Positions 12,101 through 25,200 of a stretch of 64,000 nucleotides of DNA are shown in pieces. The stretch spans positions 401,882 through 465,881 of the forward strand of contig NW_005434663.1 in NCBI RefSeq assembly GCF_000315625.1, given 5' to 3'. The DNA is from Guillardia theta CCMP2712. Its lineage: Eukaryota > Protista > Cryptophyta. The position numbers and the translations under genes are program-made. The notes under the pieces are model-generated. The model did no database searches, was not told the origin of the DNA, and saw nothing but the letters and a program-made list of their open reading frames with translations. Each line of letters opens with the position of its first letter. The first letter of the stretch is position 1.

Positions 12101-13350
12101 CAATTCTGATCCAGCCACATCTTCTTATCGGGGTGGTGGAGACAGAAAGTCGCGACCACCTTTTGATCCTGCCGATGCTTCTCAACGACGAGTACAGCAC
12201 AGTGAATGAATCACCGCAATTAGTTGCTGGAGGATGTTGAACCCTGGCGTGCAAGCATCTTTCGGCAGCAGTTGCGGTCCAAGAGCTTCCTCTTTCTTGT
12301 CGTTCAGCAGGAACTCGATCATGGCCAACTGGTGAGAACTTGAAAACAAAGTCCCCTGCCTCCATGTCAGTCCACAGTGGACTCCAGAAGTCAGCACAGC
12401 GCACCTCGCTGCTCTTTGCGTAATATCGTGTCAAGTGCTGCTGATACTTTGTCCAACTGGAGTAAATAGTTTCAGCGCTATTGAACCTATCGCTCCGATC
12501 TATCTACCCGCCGCCGTATTTGACCTCGTTATCCTCATCATCTGGGTATGGATTGAGCAAATGTTTCGAAATCGTTGTTGACAGTTCAACCTGATTCCTT
12601 CAAGCGCACAAAGAGCAGGTTTTCGTTGCTCATGTGCTCGCCAACCACTCTCTGTCTCTTCTCACTGATATAAACGAGAGCCACATGCTTGTCTTCATCG
12701 GTCTCATCGGTCTCATCGGCCCTGACGATCATGTCGGAGGATCTGAGCTTGTCAGCAATAGGCTGTACACTCAGTCAGCTTCCGCGTCACATCTGACATG
12801 CTGATTCACCCAATAGATCTTCTTGGCGAAAGACTTTTGATCCTCCCTGCTACTCTATCAGCGTCTCAACGTTTCGCAAGCCAAACAAGACCCATCTCTC
12901 CATTCTTGATCTTTTGAGAAGATCATCGCATATGCGGCCTGCAAAAGAACCATATGAGACGACCGAGCACAGACGTTGTCGCCCACCAGAGTGACGGGGA
13001 AAACAGAGTCCGGGTTCTGCGCCTTCGCATTGCCAGCTTGATACCCTGAAACGACAGCGATAAGGGACCACAAAGGAAACCCGTTACGTCTTTACCATGA
13101 TCGTCATCGTCCTTGTACTTTGGTTTCATGTGCTTGAGGGCCTTGAAGCCGCTGGGAGTCCCCGACGCCATCTCTCCCATCTCGCTGTTTGACACGTGAG
13201 TTCTGAAGGATACAAGAAGCAAACTCCGTTCACCTGCGTTTCTGGTTGCGGATCATGTCGAATCACGCTCTCCACTTGATGCCGTTCAGGTTATGACATC
13301 CGGCACACACCTTCTCACACTACTTGTCAGGTGTTCCGTCATGACTCCCA
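9144..13350 (-). CDS. Anoctamin/TMEM16 family Ca2+-activated channel or scramblase (many exons; 3' end runs into the gap, 5' end approximate)
   Basis: Family motifs ALWTVYFNYGWKRLQ...EWG, TDFENWKT..QYDAALVAKLFAFGQVNSY, GYVMFFGAAFPLLALLSVVFN...RRP, WMQILD, AILAFTS, FEHLLLLAK, EVPADVQ. Confidence 0.85.
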
Positions 13351-13729
13351 TCACCGACGTAGGAGATAAAAGATTGAATCAGCGCAGGTCAGGTGCGAGT
13401 GCAAGGGTAGAGTGAGAGGATGATTGCAGAAATAGAACGATGCATGAGGGGCCTTGAAAGGATGATCACCAGCAGGACAGGAGGATCAGAGTGAGCGTGA
13501 CAGGAAGGAAGAGGAGAGGATGAGTCAGTACAAGATTGATGAAGGGGGACAGGGAGCCGGGGGGGGAGAGGAGAGGAGGAGGAAGAGAAGTTAATCAAAG
13601 GAGGATGCCGGACAAGGATGGGGGGAGAGGATGGGTCTGGTGGTGGCGAGAGAAGGAGGGAGCAGGAGGAAGGAGGGTAGCAGCATAGCCAAGAAGCAGA
13701 AGATTCATTTTGACCTTTCAGGAGCGAAT

Positions 13730-13900
13730 ATGACTACCCCACCTTGACTGGACCCCTACCCCTACATGCCCATGACCCTACCCTTATTCAAGGAAAATTT
13801 CAGGAGATACCCCGTCCTGTGTCAGTGCTATTACCCCATTCACCACCATGGGTAACTACCCCCACCCGATAGAAAAAACAAGTACCCACCGAGAACAGAC
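13730..13900 (+). promoter_or_regulatory. Cluster of TACCC(C) motifs upstream of the LysM gene
   Basis: About 7 TACCC copies in 170 bp, between divergent genes. Confidence 0.45.
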
Positions 13901-14217
13901 CCCAATCCGGTTTGGTCTTGACGCCCCTTCCGAAGGGAGCGACATGCTCGCTGTTCTCGTTCCTCTGTAGACAGATAAGCTTGTCCTCCTCCCCTCCCCC
14001 TTCTGCCTACTCTCCTCTTGTTCCTCTCTTCTCCTCCTCTGCCGTCGAGTCCGCATGCTCCTTGCTCCTTCTTGATTCACTGACTGACTTGGGCATGAGC
14101 TGAAGCGTCTTTGAAAAAAACCATCTTCGTCTGATTATTTTCGGTTTCGTTTTCTTCGTTCTCATCGCTCTAGCACCTCGTCTCCAGATCCACCCTTCTT
14201 CGGTACTCTCCTTCAAC

Positions 14218-17200
14218 ATGATCTCATCTCGGCTCCTCTTCCTATCGTTGGCATGGCTCACTTTGGCTTCGATGGTCTCGGCTCAGAACTTCCTTGGAGG
14301 ATCGCTCACCTGGGCGATCGATCCAAACTTCCTGTCGGATGCCAGCCATCGCGTCATCGAGTTCAAGCTGCAGACCTCCTTCATCAAGACCGCAGATGTG
14401 AAACTCTCATGTGTCTTGAACGAAGGGTCAGCAATTCAATGCTCAGGCACATTCATCAGCCAACGTTTCGGTAGGCTTTGCACAGTTGCATACAAGTACT
14501 CGAAGAATCCGAACAACGATGACGTGGTGTTGACCCCAGCCGACACCACGGCACAATCGACCGACTGTCCAGGAGTGGACAACGCTTTCACCGTCACTCA
14601 AATTCAAGACATCAACAAGGTGACGGTGGTCAGCGGGGAGCTCAAGGTTTCTGTTACGGTTGGTCCGACGGAGGCTGCTGTTCTTGCCTACCTCAGGATC
14701 CCTGGGGCAACCACAGCAACTCCCTCCGACGGCCTCTTTCTCCGTCAGTGTGTCCGGGACAGCCCACAGCCCTCCCCTTGCAGGTTGAACCCTGTCAGTC
14801 AGAACATCTGGTCGGACCCGTACTGGAAGGGCTTGTTCTCGGCTGATGGGGAGGGGTCCTGGTTCCAATCTGAAGCCACGGCTCCTGCTCTTGCTACCCT
14901 GCAGGCGCTGGCTGTGGTCTGCCCTAGCACTGCGTCTTCTGCTGTCCCTGGGCGCTACTGCTCCAGCGCTGCGGACATCGAAAAGCTCCAGAACTTCTAC
15001 TCTCCTCGTCCAGGGTTTCCTCCCATTGTTGAGGTGCCTACCAGCGTTGCGACAGAGAGCGCGGACCTCTTCACTGCAGACCAGCGCTCGTTGGCTCCTT
15101 TCAAGAACTGGTTTTTCAGTGACAAGACCGCCCCCTACCCTCCATTTCGGCTCAAGGCTGCCGATTACGATGGGCAGGAGGTAAAGCAGTTCTTCCTGAG
15201 TGCGCAGTCTCCGGGGCTCCAGTGCTGGGGGGGAGACATCAACGGCTCCCAGGCAGGCAGCGGCCAGTGGCCTTACCCCTTCGACAGCTCCGCTGTCTGC
15301 AGCCAATTCTATGACGGTGATGGAAGCAACGGTGCAACCGTCAAGTTCGACTTCAACTTTGCGAGTTTGTGTGCCAATGTCTCCGAGTGCAACGCGTCCT
15401 CCACCTTCACCCAGCACCTGGTCTTGGCGGCTGATCGACCCTTCCCCGACGTCGACAATCCGTCAGCCAACGTAACCTGGCCATTCTGGCAGAGTGAGGC
15501 GAACCTTCCGAAAGGAGCCCTGGTACAATCTATCTTTGCAGCCTACCCCTGTTACTCGGGTGAGGCCAACCAGGCCCCGGTCATGATGAGGTCCCTGGGT
15601 CAATTTGACTCCTCTTCTAGAGTCGTGACGTTGGACTCAAACTCCTTTGACGTGCCGTCAGAGTTCACGTGCAAGGCGAACGAGGAATGCAAGTTCCCGC
15701 TCTCCGCTCAGGATTTTTCCATCTCGGCCGATGGGTGCCCTTCTCCCGACAACTCGTGCTCCGACCGGCCCGACCCCCTCAACTGCTCGACTTTCACGCA
15801 CGACTATTATCGGTCTTGCGACACTGTGCGGATTGAATTCGCTCCTTTCTGGGAGTCAGGAAACGGAAGCCTTGTAGCTGCTAGGTGCTCCAAGTCGGAT
15901 GTGCAGTGCAGCGTAGACTCGGACTGCGGAGTGGACGGGGGAGTTTGTGAGGCTCAGCCAACGAAGGATTGCGAAGGTGTTGGAGCTGTCAAGTGCTTCT
16001 TTAGGGAATACTTCTCGGAGCAACAGATCGGAGCAACTGTGACTCGCTGCTTCACCTCTAAGGACATTCATAATGCAGACTCGCCGAAGTTGACCTGCCG
16101 ATCGCTCCCTACCTGCATCAAGATCAGGATCGAAAGCCACTCCCCGCAGTTCGTCGCCCCAACGCCGATGGACGAGAACTCCTACGACGATCTAGGTAAC
16201 CTGGTGCCGGGACGGACAGACGTGCATGTCTGTGAAGGATACCCGATGGCGTTCAAACTGTCTGCTGAAGATCCTGACCAAGGGGATCAAGTGAGGATCT
16301 ACGTCGAAGACAAGGACGTGGACCTGGCAAACTACAACCTGGACTTCTTCAAGATCTATGAGAACAGCCTTGGGGTCAACAACCTTGTCTTCCCCTCGCA
16401 GTGCTCAGGTTCGTTGGACGGTAAAGGGTTCAAGTCTTATGGGGGGACACGTGCGGGAGACAACGGCCAGCAGAACAGCGTCGAGCCGCTCAGCTCTGCC
16501 CAGCCGAAGTCGATCGTCTCAGACTACGCTTCCAGTGTGCTTTACACGACGAAGCCACTCCAAGAGATCCGCTACTTGTTCAACATCACACAAGGAAACG
16601 GGATCATCGTGAGAACGCTGCAAGCTTGCAACAACACGGGCAGCAACGTCGACACATATGACTGCCGTGAGAAAATCCTCAACATGGACCAGGTTATCTG
16701 TGGGGTCGCATATGACAACTCAAGGTTCCGCGCAAAGCGATGGGTTGGAAAGGCAAATCCCAACTCACCCACGCTCCCCAGCTATCTCAGAGATCACAGC
16801 AATGGCGACATGACGTCAGCTCCTCGCTGCTGGAGGATCAGGCTGCAGGCTCCTCCTGTCTTCGTCACGGACCCTTCCCTCACCGCCTCTCCCTTCGGAC
16901 GTCTCGTCCTGAACGGCCTGGACTCCAGCAGCCCCGATTACAAATCGTTCGTGGTGGGCATCGGCTCAGACTTCTCGGCCACCTTCATCGCCCAGGACCC
17001 GAACCCCAAGGACGTCATCTCGCTCTTCGTACTCGCAGACCCTGGCATGCCAGCAGGCATGACGGCCAGCCCGACCATCTGTATCCCCCGGCTGATCAAG
17101 TTGCAGAACGAGATGTGCATGGCTCAGGACCACAAGGGAGAGTTTCCCATCATCCTCAATGGCACTGACTCCAAGTGCAGCAAGGCAAAACTTGTCCTGT

Positions 17201-18075
17201 CGTGGAAGCCGCAGTTGACTCATGTCGGTCAAACTTATCAGATCTGCGTGCAAGCGCGGGATGACTCCACCTCCTGCGCCGGAAAGGGGCCTGCAGCCTC
17301 TGCTGCCACGTCCAGGGGGTGGTACGGGGAGAAGCAATGCATCTCCCTTTCAGTCGCCATGCCCATGGTCACTTGGGACAACTTCGGCCCCAACGAGATC
17401 GACGCCTACGTCGGCTGCACAGCCTGGATGGAGGTCAAGGCCTCGACCGTCGTCGGCTATCACGCGGTCATCTCCTCCAGCGGGACGGCGCCAGCTGGGT
17501 CAGTGCTGCAAGGGGCGACTTCCAAAGAGGTCAACGGTCGCATTCAGGCCACCAGGCGGTTCATGTGGATGCCTCAACGAGGAAGCGAAGGGCAGCAGCA
17601 CCTGGCTTGCTTCACCGCTAGCGACAACGTCGGGCATCAGACGCTCCAGGTGCAATGCTGGACCTTCCGCGTGCAGAAGTGCCAGTACTGCATCCAATCG
17701 GGCGACACGCTGAGGGAGGTCATGAAGGACTACGGCATCGACACTAACTGGTTCAGGCTATGGCTCCACAACGGCAACCCCAGCCCAGTGGAGGCCGAGG
17801 CAAGGATCGACAACCCTGACCTCATCGTACACCCGCTCCCTAGCGCGACACTGCCAGGCAACCTCAGCAACTACTATGGCTTCCCGATCATCTGGGTTGG
17901 CCTTCTCTACCAGATCAAAGGGCTTGAGAGCTTCAGCTCGACTGCCGTTCGCTTCCAGACCACCATGGCAAGCATGCTCTCTGTGAACCCCGACATCAAG
18001 AGTGAGCAGGACGTGCTGGGGAAGACGCCCTTGGTCTGTGTTGTCCCGTGCACGAAGCCACTCACAGCCGTATGA
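14218..18075 (+). CDS. Intronless 1285-aa secreted Cys-rich protein with Ig/cadherin-like repeats and two C-terminal LysM-like domains
   Basis: Signal peptide MISSRLLFLSLAWLTLASMVSA. Repeats PQFVAPTP..VCEG..FKLSAEDPDQGD and PVFVTDP..GIG..ATFIAQDPNPKD. LysM-like YCIQSGDTLREVMKDYG..W..N..NPDLI and YQIKGLESFSSTAVRFQTTMASMLSVNPDI...VCVVP. Confidence 0.85.
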   Translation: MISSRLLFLSLAWLTLASMVSAQNFLGGSLTWAIDPNFLSDASHRVIEFKLQTSFIKTADVKLSCVLNEGSAIQCSGTFISQRFGRLCTVAYKYSKNPNNDDVVLTPADTTAQSTDCPGVDNAFTVTQIQDINKVTVVSGELKVSVTVGPTEAAVLAYLRIPGATTATPSDGLFLRQCVRDSPQPSPCRLNPVSQNIWSDPYWKGLFSADGEGSWFQSEATAPALATLQALAVVCPSTASSAVPGRYCSSAADIEKLQNFYSPRPGFPPIVEVPTSVATESADLFTADQRSLAPFKNWFFSDKTAPYPPFRLKAADYDGQEVKQFFLSAQSPGLQCWGGDINGSQAGSGQWPYPFDSSAVCSQFYDGDGSNGATVKFDFNFASLCANVSECNASSTFTQHLVLAADRPFPDVDNPSANVTWPFWQSEANLPKGALVQSIFAAYPCYSGEANQAPVMMRSLGQFDSSSRVVTLDSNSFDVPSEFTCKANEECKFPLSAQDFSISADGCPSPDNSCSDRPDPLNCSTFTHDYYRSCDTVRIEFAPFWESGNGSLVAARCSKSDVQCSVDSDCGVDGGVCEAQPTKDCEGVGAVKCFFREYFSEQQIGATVTRCFTSKDIHNADSPKLTCRSLPTCIKIRIESHSPQFVAPTPMDENSYDDLGNLVPGRTDVHVCEGYPMAFKLSAEDPDQGDQVRIYVEDKDVDLANYNLDFFKIYENSLGVNNLVFPSQCSGSLDGKGFKSYGGTRAGDNGQQNSVEPLSSAQPKSIVSDYASSVLYTTKPLQEIRYLFNITQGNGIIVRTLQACNNTGSNVDTYDCREKILNMDQVICGVAYDNSRFRAKRWVGKANPNSPTLPSYLRDHSNGDMTSAPRCWRIRLQAPPVFVTDPSLTASPFGRLVLNGLDSSSPDYKSFVVGIGSDFSATFIAQDPNPKDVISLFVLADPGMPAGMTASPTICIPRLIKLQNEMCMAQDHKGEFPIILNGTDSKCSKAKLVLSWKPQLTHVGQTYQICVQARDDSTSCAGKGPAASAATSRGWYGEKQCISLSVAMPMVTWDNFGPNEIDAYVGCTAWMEVKASTVVGYHAVISSSGTAPAGSVLQGATSKEVNGRIQATRRFMWMPQRGSEGQQHLACFTASDNVGHQTLQVQCWTFRVQKCQYCIQSGDTLREVMKDYGIDTNWFRLWLHNGNPSPVEAEARIDNPDLIVHPLPSATLPGNLSNYYGFPIIWVGLLYQIKGLESFSSTAVRFQTTMASMLSVNPDIKSEQDVLGKTPLVCVVPCTKPLTAV

Positions 18076-18127
18076 GCTGCGATGTTTGATAGATCTACTT
18101 ACAGCTACAGAACTAGAGGCTCCTGAT

Positions 18128-20712
18128 TTAAGGGAAGGAGAGGTCGACGAGGCCCAAGACTGCGGCATGGTCGCTCCTGCTCGTGTCTTCCGTGTCTGCT
18201 CCGGGCAAGTTTGAGTGTCATGAATGCGTTTGTACATAGAGTTGCATCTTGTGATTGAGGTTCGTAAACTTACCTATCCTCGCGTACTCCCGCCATGTGT
18301 ACTTGGTGTTGCTGCTAGCTTGTCAGTATCACTCTCACTCTTGCCCCCCCAGCTTGGTCTCACTTGGTGTTGAACCCGTAGAGGATCCGGTCGCACCACC
18401 CCCGGGGCTTGTCTGGCACTTATCGTGATCCCCAGTCACCAGCTCATGAGCTTCTCCTCACCCTCAAAGCAGCAGCGACTGCTGCGCTGGTGCCCATCCC
18501 TCCGAACCCCGCGCACGTTCTCGTCGGCCTTGTCGCTAAGTTGAGTTCCGTACAAGATGCCGCCAGAGGGATTGGTGGGGTAGAGCAGGGGGATACCGAA
18601 CCCCACGAAGAAGGGGCCTGAGGTTATCATGCCGAGGAAAAAGAAGGAGAGCCTGGGAGGAGGATGAGACCAGGGAAGGGGAGAGTCTTAGAGGAACCTG
18701 AGCACTCCTCCTCGCAGAATGCAATGCATCATAGGCCCGTGACATCGATCGTCATCTCCTGCATCTTCATGACCCACTGGCTCCACCAGCGGCCGGTCGA
18801 TCGCCTGCTCAGGGTCAGAACCAAGTAGAGGGAGAGCCAAGGAGGAAGAAGAGAACGGGAGGATGAGCAGTAGGGGAAGACACTTGCCTTGCCATGAGGA
18901 CATCCAGGGAGGTCAAGCGCCGAGGCAGGTGCCATGTACTCCTCAACGCACCTGGCTTCTCTCCCTCGCTTCGCCTGAAACTGCATCATCGCATGATCGA
19001 GCTGGGGAAACGTGTCACATGGCAAGTCGGCGGGAACGTCGGGCCCTTCGAGCGGGCCGAGCTCAAGTCTGTGACCCCTTCCTGTACATCTCCATCTTCA
19101 CTCCATCCAAACGTCTTGCTGAAGTTGAGGCGCCCATCAAAGATGCTCTCTACCACAACATCACTCTTCTCACCGAGACGTTCCCCTTTACCTTGCAGGA
19201 TGTCGGACCAGACTGCGCAACTCCCGTCCGCTCTCGCCTCCTTGCAGTGCGAGTACGCGTTGAAATCTCCCAGGAAGAGATAACCCGAGATCATGTCGTG
19301 TTTCTTCCCTACAAACTTGTGACATCTCGTTTCGTTTGATGCTGGTTGATCTGCAAGACATCGTGCCCTCATTTGGTTCCTTGTACGAAAATCGTCGATC
19401 TTGGCATTGAAGACATCAAAGAAATGCTGAAATCTGCTGACGATAGTCTTGTTCTGCAAATCTGTTCTCTGAGCCTTCTGTGTTTGCCGCAATTCTACGT
19501 TCACAAACAACTCCAGAACATCCTTGGTGACAATCTAGACACAACTTATCAGATCTCGGCTACATCAGTGACCATCACATGTTCAAATGAGATTGAGTAG
19601 CCAGAACACGCATGTCAAGTAGTCTTACCGCAGTAGCCCTTTCCAACAACTGAAATTGCAGATGACAGAAGATTGTAGGGCAAAAAAGAAAAATGTGAGT
19701 TTCGATATACAAGTATAAAACACTGAGGTGAACAGCAGAGTATGCACAAAGATTCGAACAAAACAAACACATCCGGATCACCATGGAGAAACCTTCATTC
19801 AAGCAGCGATACGCCATGGATGCTCCCTTCTGATTTGAAGGAGGAAGATGAGCAGCAAGGAGGAGGATGTATCGCGTGGAATCTTCCACGTTCTTCGCAT
19901 CCTCATCGGACAATTCTTTCGGAACCTTTCTCTGGATCCTTAAAACAACACCTGCTATCCCCCTAGACTCGTATTGCATCCCCCTAGCAAAGCATCTCGC
20001 TCCGACCGCTCCTCCTAGGACTCGCGCTTGGAATTCATGGTCTCCATGCGACATTGCGGTGCGACGGAGGATGAGGATATGTTGACAAAAGTCATCATAG
20101 TTCCGCTCGAGAGTGGCAGAAGAGAAGTGGAGATCCCAGCCCTTCCAAGAAAAAAGCTTCTGCCGATCAAAGGAGGACATAGCTAAGCTTTGAATCACAA
20201 TAACAAGCACATCCGCATCTGAGCTTTCTGCCTTGTCTCTGATCGCATGCAGCAACAGGCTGTTTTCTGTGAAGGTGTACCTGCTATCTGCATTGAATGA
20301 AAGTGCCATGATACTCAGCTTGGAGTCTTCATTCCACCCGCTCCATTGGCGTTTCTGCCAATGATAAAGGGAGGGTGGGGATGACCTTGCAATGGCTCCA
20401 CAGTAACTTTCGTTGCAAATGACCTCGGACAAATTGTGATCATTCGGAAACTGAGATCATGACGTGTTAGTCTCGCATAATGTGCAAACCACTTGTACCG
20501 CATTGATGCTCAGAATGGATATCAAAATCAGAAACTTCCACACAGACATTGGCGAAAATGATCATGTATCTGCCAAGAGCACCAGCCACCAAAGCTCTTG
20601 AATACTTTGCTCGATGTCTCTGCAAAAGATTAAAAGTATCAGACACCATCACTGTAAGATTGAAAGAAAGATACAGATAAAACCTTGCCATAACGTTTTT
20701 GCTCTTTTCCAC
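18128..20712 (-). CDS. Inositol polyphosphate 5-phosphatase-like (EEP superfamily) protein, multi-exon
   Basis: Motifs in order: LSFN, AAHLP, FLGDFN, TFPPT, GWCDRILY (~18380-18405), and SDHAAV in the last exon ending TAA at 18128-18130. Confidence 0.8.
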
Positions 20713-20859
20713 ATGCTAAACATCATCAACAGCTCTTGGGCATTCTCACTTTTTCTTTCATTCTATCACCTATCACCTATCACCTATCACCTATCATGTA
20801 CATCCCGTATCCTTGGCATCATGAGCATTATGAGTAGTGTTTCAGAATTTTCCTTACAT

Positions 20860-20959
20860 NNNNNNNNNNNNNNNNNNNNNNNNNNNNNNNNNNNNNNNNN
20901 NNNNNNNNNNNNNNNNNNNNNNNNNNNNNNNNNNNNNNNNNNNNNNNNNNNNNNNNNNN
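20860..20959. other. Assembly gap (100 N)
   Basis: Run of N. Confidence 1.
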
Positions 20960-21312
20960 CAAAGACCTCACTCAGACCCCCACTGCGTGACTCTACCCAC
21001 GTCCCAACAAGGGATTACATCAACAACATGGTCGATACATTGTCAACCAACAACGATATCTTCATCTCAGTTCACTGCGCCATTGACCAACCTCTCAGAT
21101 CCGTCTTCAAATACACCATCGCAACTCAGAAACATACCAAGCTCTACACCATCATCGCTTTGACTCTGACCGCAGTGCGTCGCGCTGAGCAACAACCCGA
21201 TACTATCCTCAGTCTCCACTATAAGTTCCTCTTCTTGCTGATCAACGAACATATCGTTCGTCCGCATATGTCAGGCCTTAACTTTGACTTTCAAAATCTC
21301 TTTGATCTTCAA

Positions 21313-21800
21313 TAAACTTGACTTGAACGAAAACTCATTCGATTGTTCTGGTACCCTAAACTTTTTACTCAAAGTTAAGTTAAAAATCAGTACCTTAATC
21401 ACTATATTAACCGTTTGAACTTTGAACTTGAACTTGAACTTGAACCTTAAACTCAAACTTAAACTCAAACTTCAACTCTGAGGCGAGCCCACAAAGACCA
21501 CCCCATCCTCCCTTGTAACTTCAAATCAAACTAACCGTTACACAACATTAGGGGTTCTTTACTAATACCACTACCCCATAATAAACTAGACTTGAAAAAT
21601 TTCAGACCCCCCCGGGGAGGGTTATTTTGGTACCATATCCCCCCTAGATGGAGCAAGGTTGGTCACACGGCCCTCCCAGGGCCGCGGGCCCGGCGGTACC
21701 GTGACTATACTCATCATGGCTACTCAAAGTCACCCGGCCGGTACTACGAGAGTACTTGAGTTAAAAATCAGTACGAGTACAATCAGACTTGAGTAATCTT
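21313..21800. promoter_or_regulatory. Intergenic element: shared motif x2, (TTGAAC)n and (AAACTY)n arrays, C/G-rich tract, small GC island
   Basis: TTTTACTCAAAGTTAAGTTAAAAATCAGTAC at 21363-21393; GAGTTAAAAATCAGTACGAGT at ~21758; tandem hexamers 21415-21472. Confidence 0.5.
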
Positions 21801-22210
21801 AAAAAGGTTTCCGGAGGTCAGCTGCGAGAGCTTTTTACGACTTGGATTGCCGTACAAATAATAATGTTTTATAATTTCATTTGTACAAAAATCATTCAAC
21901 ACGTAAGCATAAATATTATCAATTCTCAATTATTTGTATTATAAAATTGTACCATATCCACCCGATCGTATCAAATCGAAGAAGTCTGGTAGTAGTAGAG
22001 AACAGAATCGGATTACAATTTATGGTTTAATGGAGCCATCGGCCAAGCCTTGGCGGCAGCGGCGAGAAGCCAAGGAAGGGGAGGAAGAGAGAGAGAGAGG
22101 AAGAGGGAGGGAGGAAGAAATGAGGACTGAAGAGCCTGAGGAGAGGGATGGGCTACTTCTGCTGAAGGGCCCTGCGCATGGACCTCGTGTGATACGGTCT
22201 ATTGGGCTAG

Positions 22211-25200
22211 TTGACGCAAGATGGCACAAGCAGTAAGACAGACAGCTTGCGAGACTACTCGAAGCTGGATAGGATGAGCTTCATGAGCAAGAGACGTCTT
22301 CGACTCTTCTTCCTTGAGTTCGACGACGTCCAACTCGAGACGGAGTATCGCGCCTTCTACTGGGAGAGTAACAGGAGGTACATCAACATCGCTTGCTTCG
22401 TGGTGCTGCTCTGGTCTTTGATACGGTTGACATTGGGCATAGCCGAACTCAGACTGACAATGGAGGAGTACAGTCGCTGCTGCTCCAGCATCTCCCAGCT
22501 TATGAAAGCTCTTCCTCAAGACGAGAAGTGGAAGCAAGTGGTCCTGATAGCAACTGAGTTTGCCTGGTCTTCCGTGATATTCTGCCTGTCGTTGGGCAAG
22601 AACTCTCAGAACATGAAGCTTGTCTTGCGGGTTCTCTTCGGGCATACTGAGATCCATCAGACCGACCCTCTCTACAATGCCACCATCGAGCGCACGTTCA
22701 TGTGGCTGCTCGTTGCTGCACAGTTCTACGGCTGCTGCGATGCTCTCCTTATATGGTGGAGGTCTACCCTGTGGAGCCAGAGCCAGCTGGAATGGCTCCT
22801 CTCATGCTTCAGCATCCTGTTTCAGTTCAGGTTCGTGCACACCTTCGTGTGGGCTGGGAGCTCTGTCCTCTTCACCTTGCTCGTGATTGTCACCGGAGGG
22901 GCAGATTGCCTACTGAGCACTGAGAAGATGCCGATGATAGGTCTCATCGGGATCACTTCGATCCTGATCTCACGGAGACGAGAGGAGAGCATCAGGATGA
23001 ACTTCGTCTCCCTGATGCGCGCCCAGTCCTACGAGAAGCATTACCGCTCGCTCTTGGCCCACCTGGTCCCACAGACGGCAGCAGAGTTCTTGCTGGGGAA
23101 TGGCGATATTCACGGCAGCATGATCCAGATGGGATCTTCAGTGCAATACTTCACAACGTACTATCATGACGTGACTATCTTGTTCATCAAGTTGAATACA
23201 GAGGATGCGGGCGACTCGGCGAGTGACTTCGTGAAGGACCTGAACTACTTCTTTCACAAGATCGATCACCTGGTGCATGTAAGTGCCGACCTGTTCAAAG
23301 TCGAGACGATCGGAGCGGAATATGTGGTGGCGTCGGGACTTCCAGACGTCTGCACAGACCATGCGGTGAAGATGGCGAAGTTTGCTGCGGGCGTCAAGTC
23401 GTTGTTTCTTCGGTCGCGCTGGTCGTCCTCCAAGAAAACTTTTCTGAGTATGGGGATGCATAGCGGCAGCATCGTCGCAGGGATCGCAGGGAAGGACACC
23501 CCGCGGTATCGGCTGTTCGGAGACACGATCAACACTGCCTCGAGGATGAAGAGTGTGGCAGCGTGCGAGAGCGATAAGGCCGCAATCCCACAGGACCTCG
23601 CGAGCGAGTCAGGGTCGAAGATTGTGCTGTCTCAAGACACTGTCGAGAGGATCGGGAAATGTGAGAATAATGGTGTGGATGTCGACTCAACACTGGAGGG
23701 GGACGTCATCTGCTTCAGCGGCTCTGATCTGAAGATCAGGCGACTGGGCGCCTTCGAGGTTCAAATTGTTTTCTCACTTGATGGTTTTGTTGATGTGAAT
23801 CTCAGGTGAAAGGAAAGGTGCAGTCAATCTTTGGATGCTGCTGAACGACGAGTCTTCGATGGATCAAGATGCTGAACCAAGAGGGGCTACGGGACATTTG
23901 GAGGAGTCTTCGGCGAAAGCCATGGACCAGTCGACACATGGCTTCGTGATGTTTGACAACAGTTTGTCTACGAACAATCTTGAAATCGATAGCATGATGA
24001 TGCAGATTACATTTCAAGATCGAGTGTTTCAATCGGCTGATTATGACAACGAAAGAGATGATATGATTCATGATATCATCCAGGAGCTGCAAGTGGAGGA
24101 CTTCATGTCAGTCTTCAATCGACCTTTGAAATTCCTTTCAATCAGATTCAGAGATCCTTTTCTGGAGCAGGTCTACCAAGTCATCCGGTCGAATCATATC
24201 TGCTTATCCCAGCTCTTCGGATCTCTTCTTTCTTTTATCATCTGTTTGATCTGCTTCGCCATGGATGTTCGACTGGCACACGAAGAGAGCGCCACAAAGA
24301 TCATTTACACTGCATGCATCGCATTGGGTCTCCAGCTCGTGCTCATCGTCGCATTCGTTATCACGCTGTTGACACGGTCAAGATTTCTTGATTATGCTCG
24401 GATGGCTTGTTCCAACGGCTCCTGCATATCATTCTGGGCATTCTACTTCCTCTGCATTCACTTTCTTCCCACCGAAAGCATGGTCCTGCAGAGCTCGTCA
24501 TGGTTCGATTGGATGATCGACATCCGACTCATGCTCTTCGCCTGCCTCAGCGTAAGATTCATCCGCACCAACTTTGACCAGCTGACTGTATGGCAGGTGC
24601 AAGGGCTGTGGGTTCTTGCTCCCTTCCCCCACGGGGTGTTCTTCATTTCGGTCTTCATGCTCGACACATGCATCTGCATGGTCTTGTACGGAGAAGATTT
24701 GCTGACAACATGCGGCAGCGTCAACGTCACCTTCATCCGTCGTCCCTACTTCTTTGTTGTGATCCCTGCCCTGTTCGCAATGTACAACATCTGGCGAACA
24801 GATGTGTACGAGAGGAGTCAACTCATCAGCATCATCAAAGCGAAGATCCTGTCCAAGAGGGTTGAGTCCATCACTCAGACTCTGATGCCTGAGCACGTCA
24901 TCGCTGCTCAAACAAACTCGCTGATGGAGCACCGCGATCGGATCATGCAGAGGGGGCGGGGATCGATCATCAGGAACTTCTTCTTTGCAGAGCATCTGCC
25001 TTGTGTATGCCAGATGTTTGCAGATATAGAGAACTTCACGCACTTGTCGTCGAGCTTGCAGGCTAGCGAGCTCTTTCAGGTCATCAACCAAGTCTTCGTC
25101 CTTTGCGACTCAATCTGCAGGGATTGGAACGTGACCAAGATCGAGACCATCGGGGACGGTAAGAGCGTCCGCCCGGCCCCCCTGCTCCTCTGACCCGCTC

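Noticed and set aside
20614-21315. 233-aa ORF spanning the gap
   Set aside because: Artificially joined across Ns; 20960-21270 may be a gene fragment but cannot be assigned.
21410-21475. (TTGAAC)n and (AAACTC)n as interstitial telomere or CRISPR-like array
   Set aside because: Short degenerate hexamers without spacers; no match to a telomere unit I can support; no cas genes.
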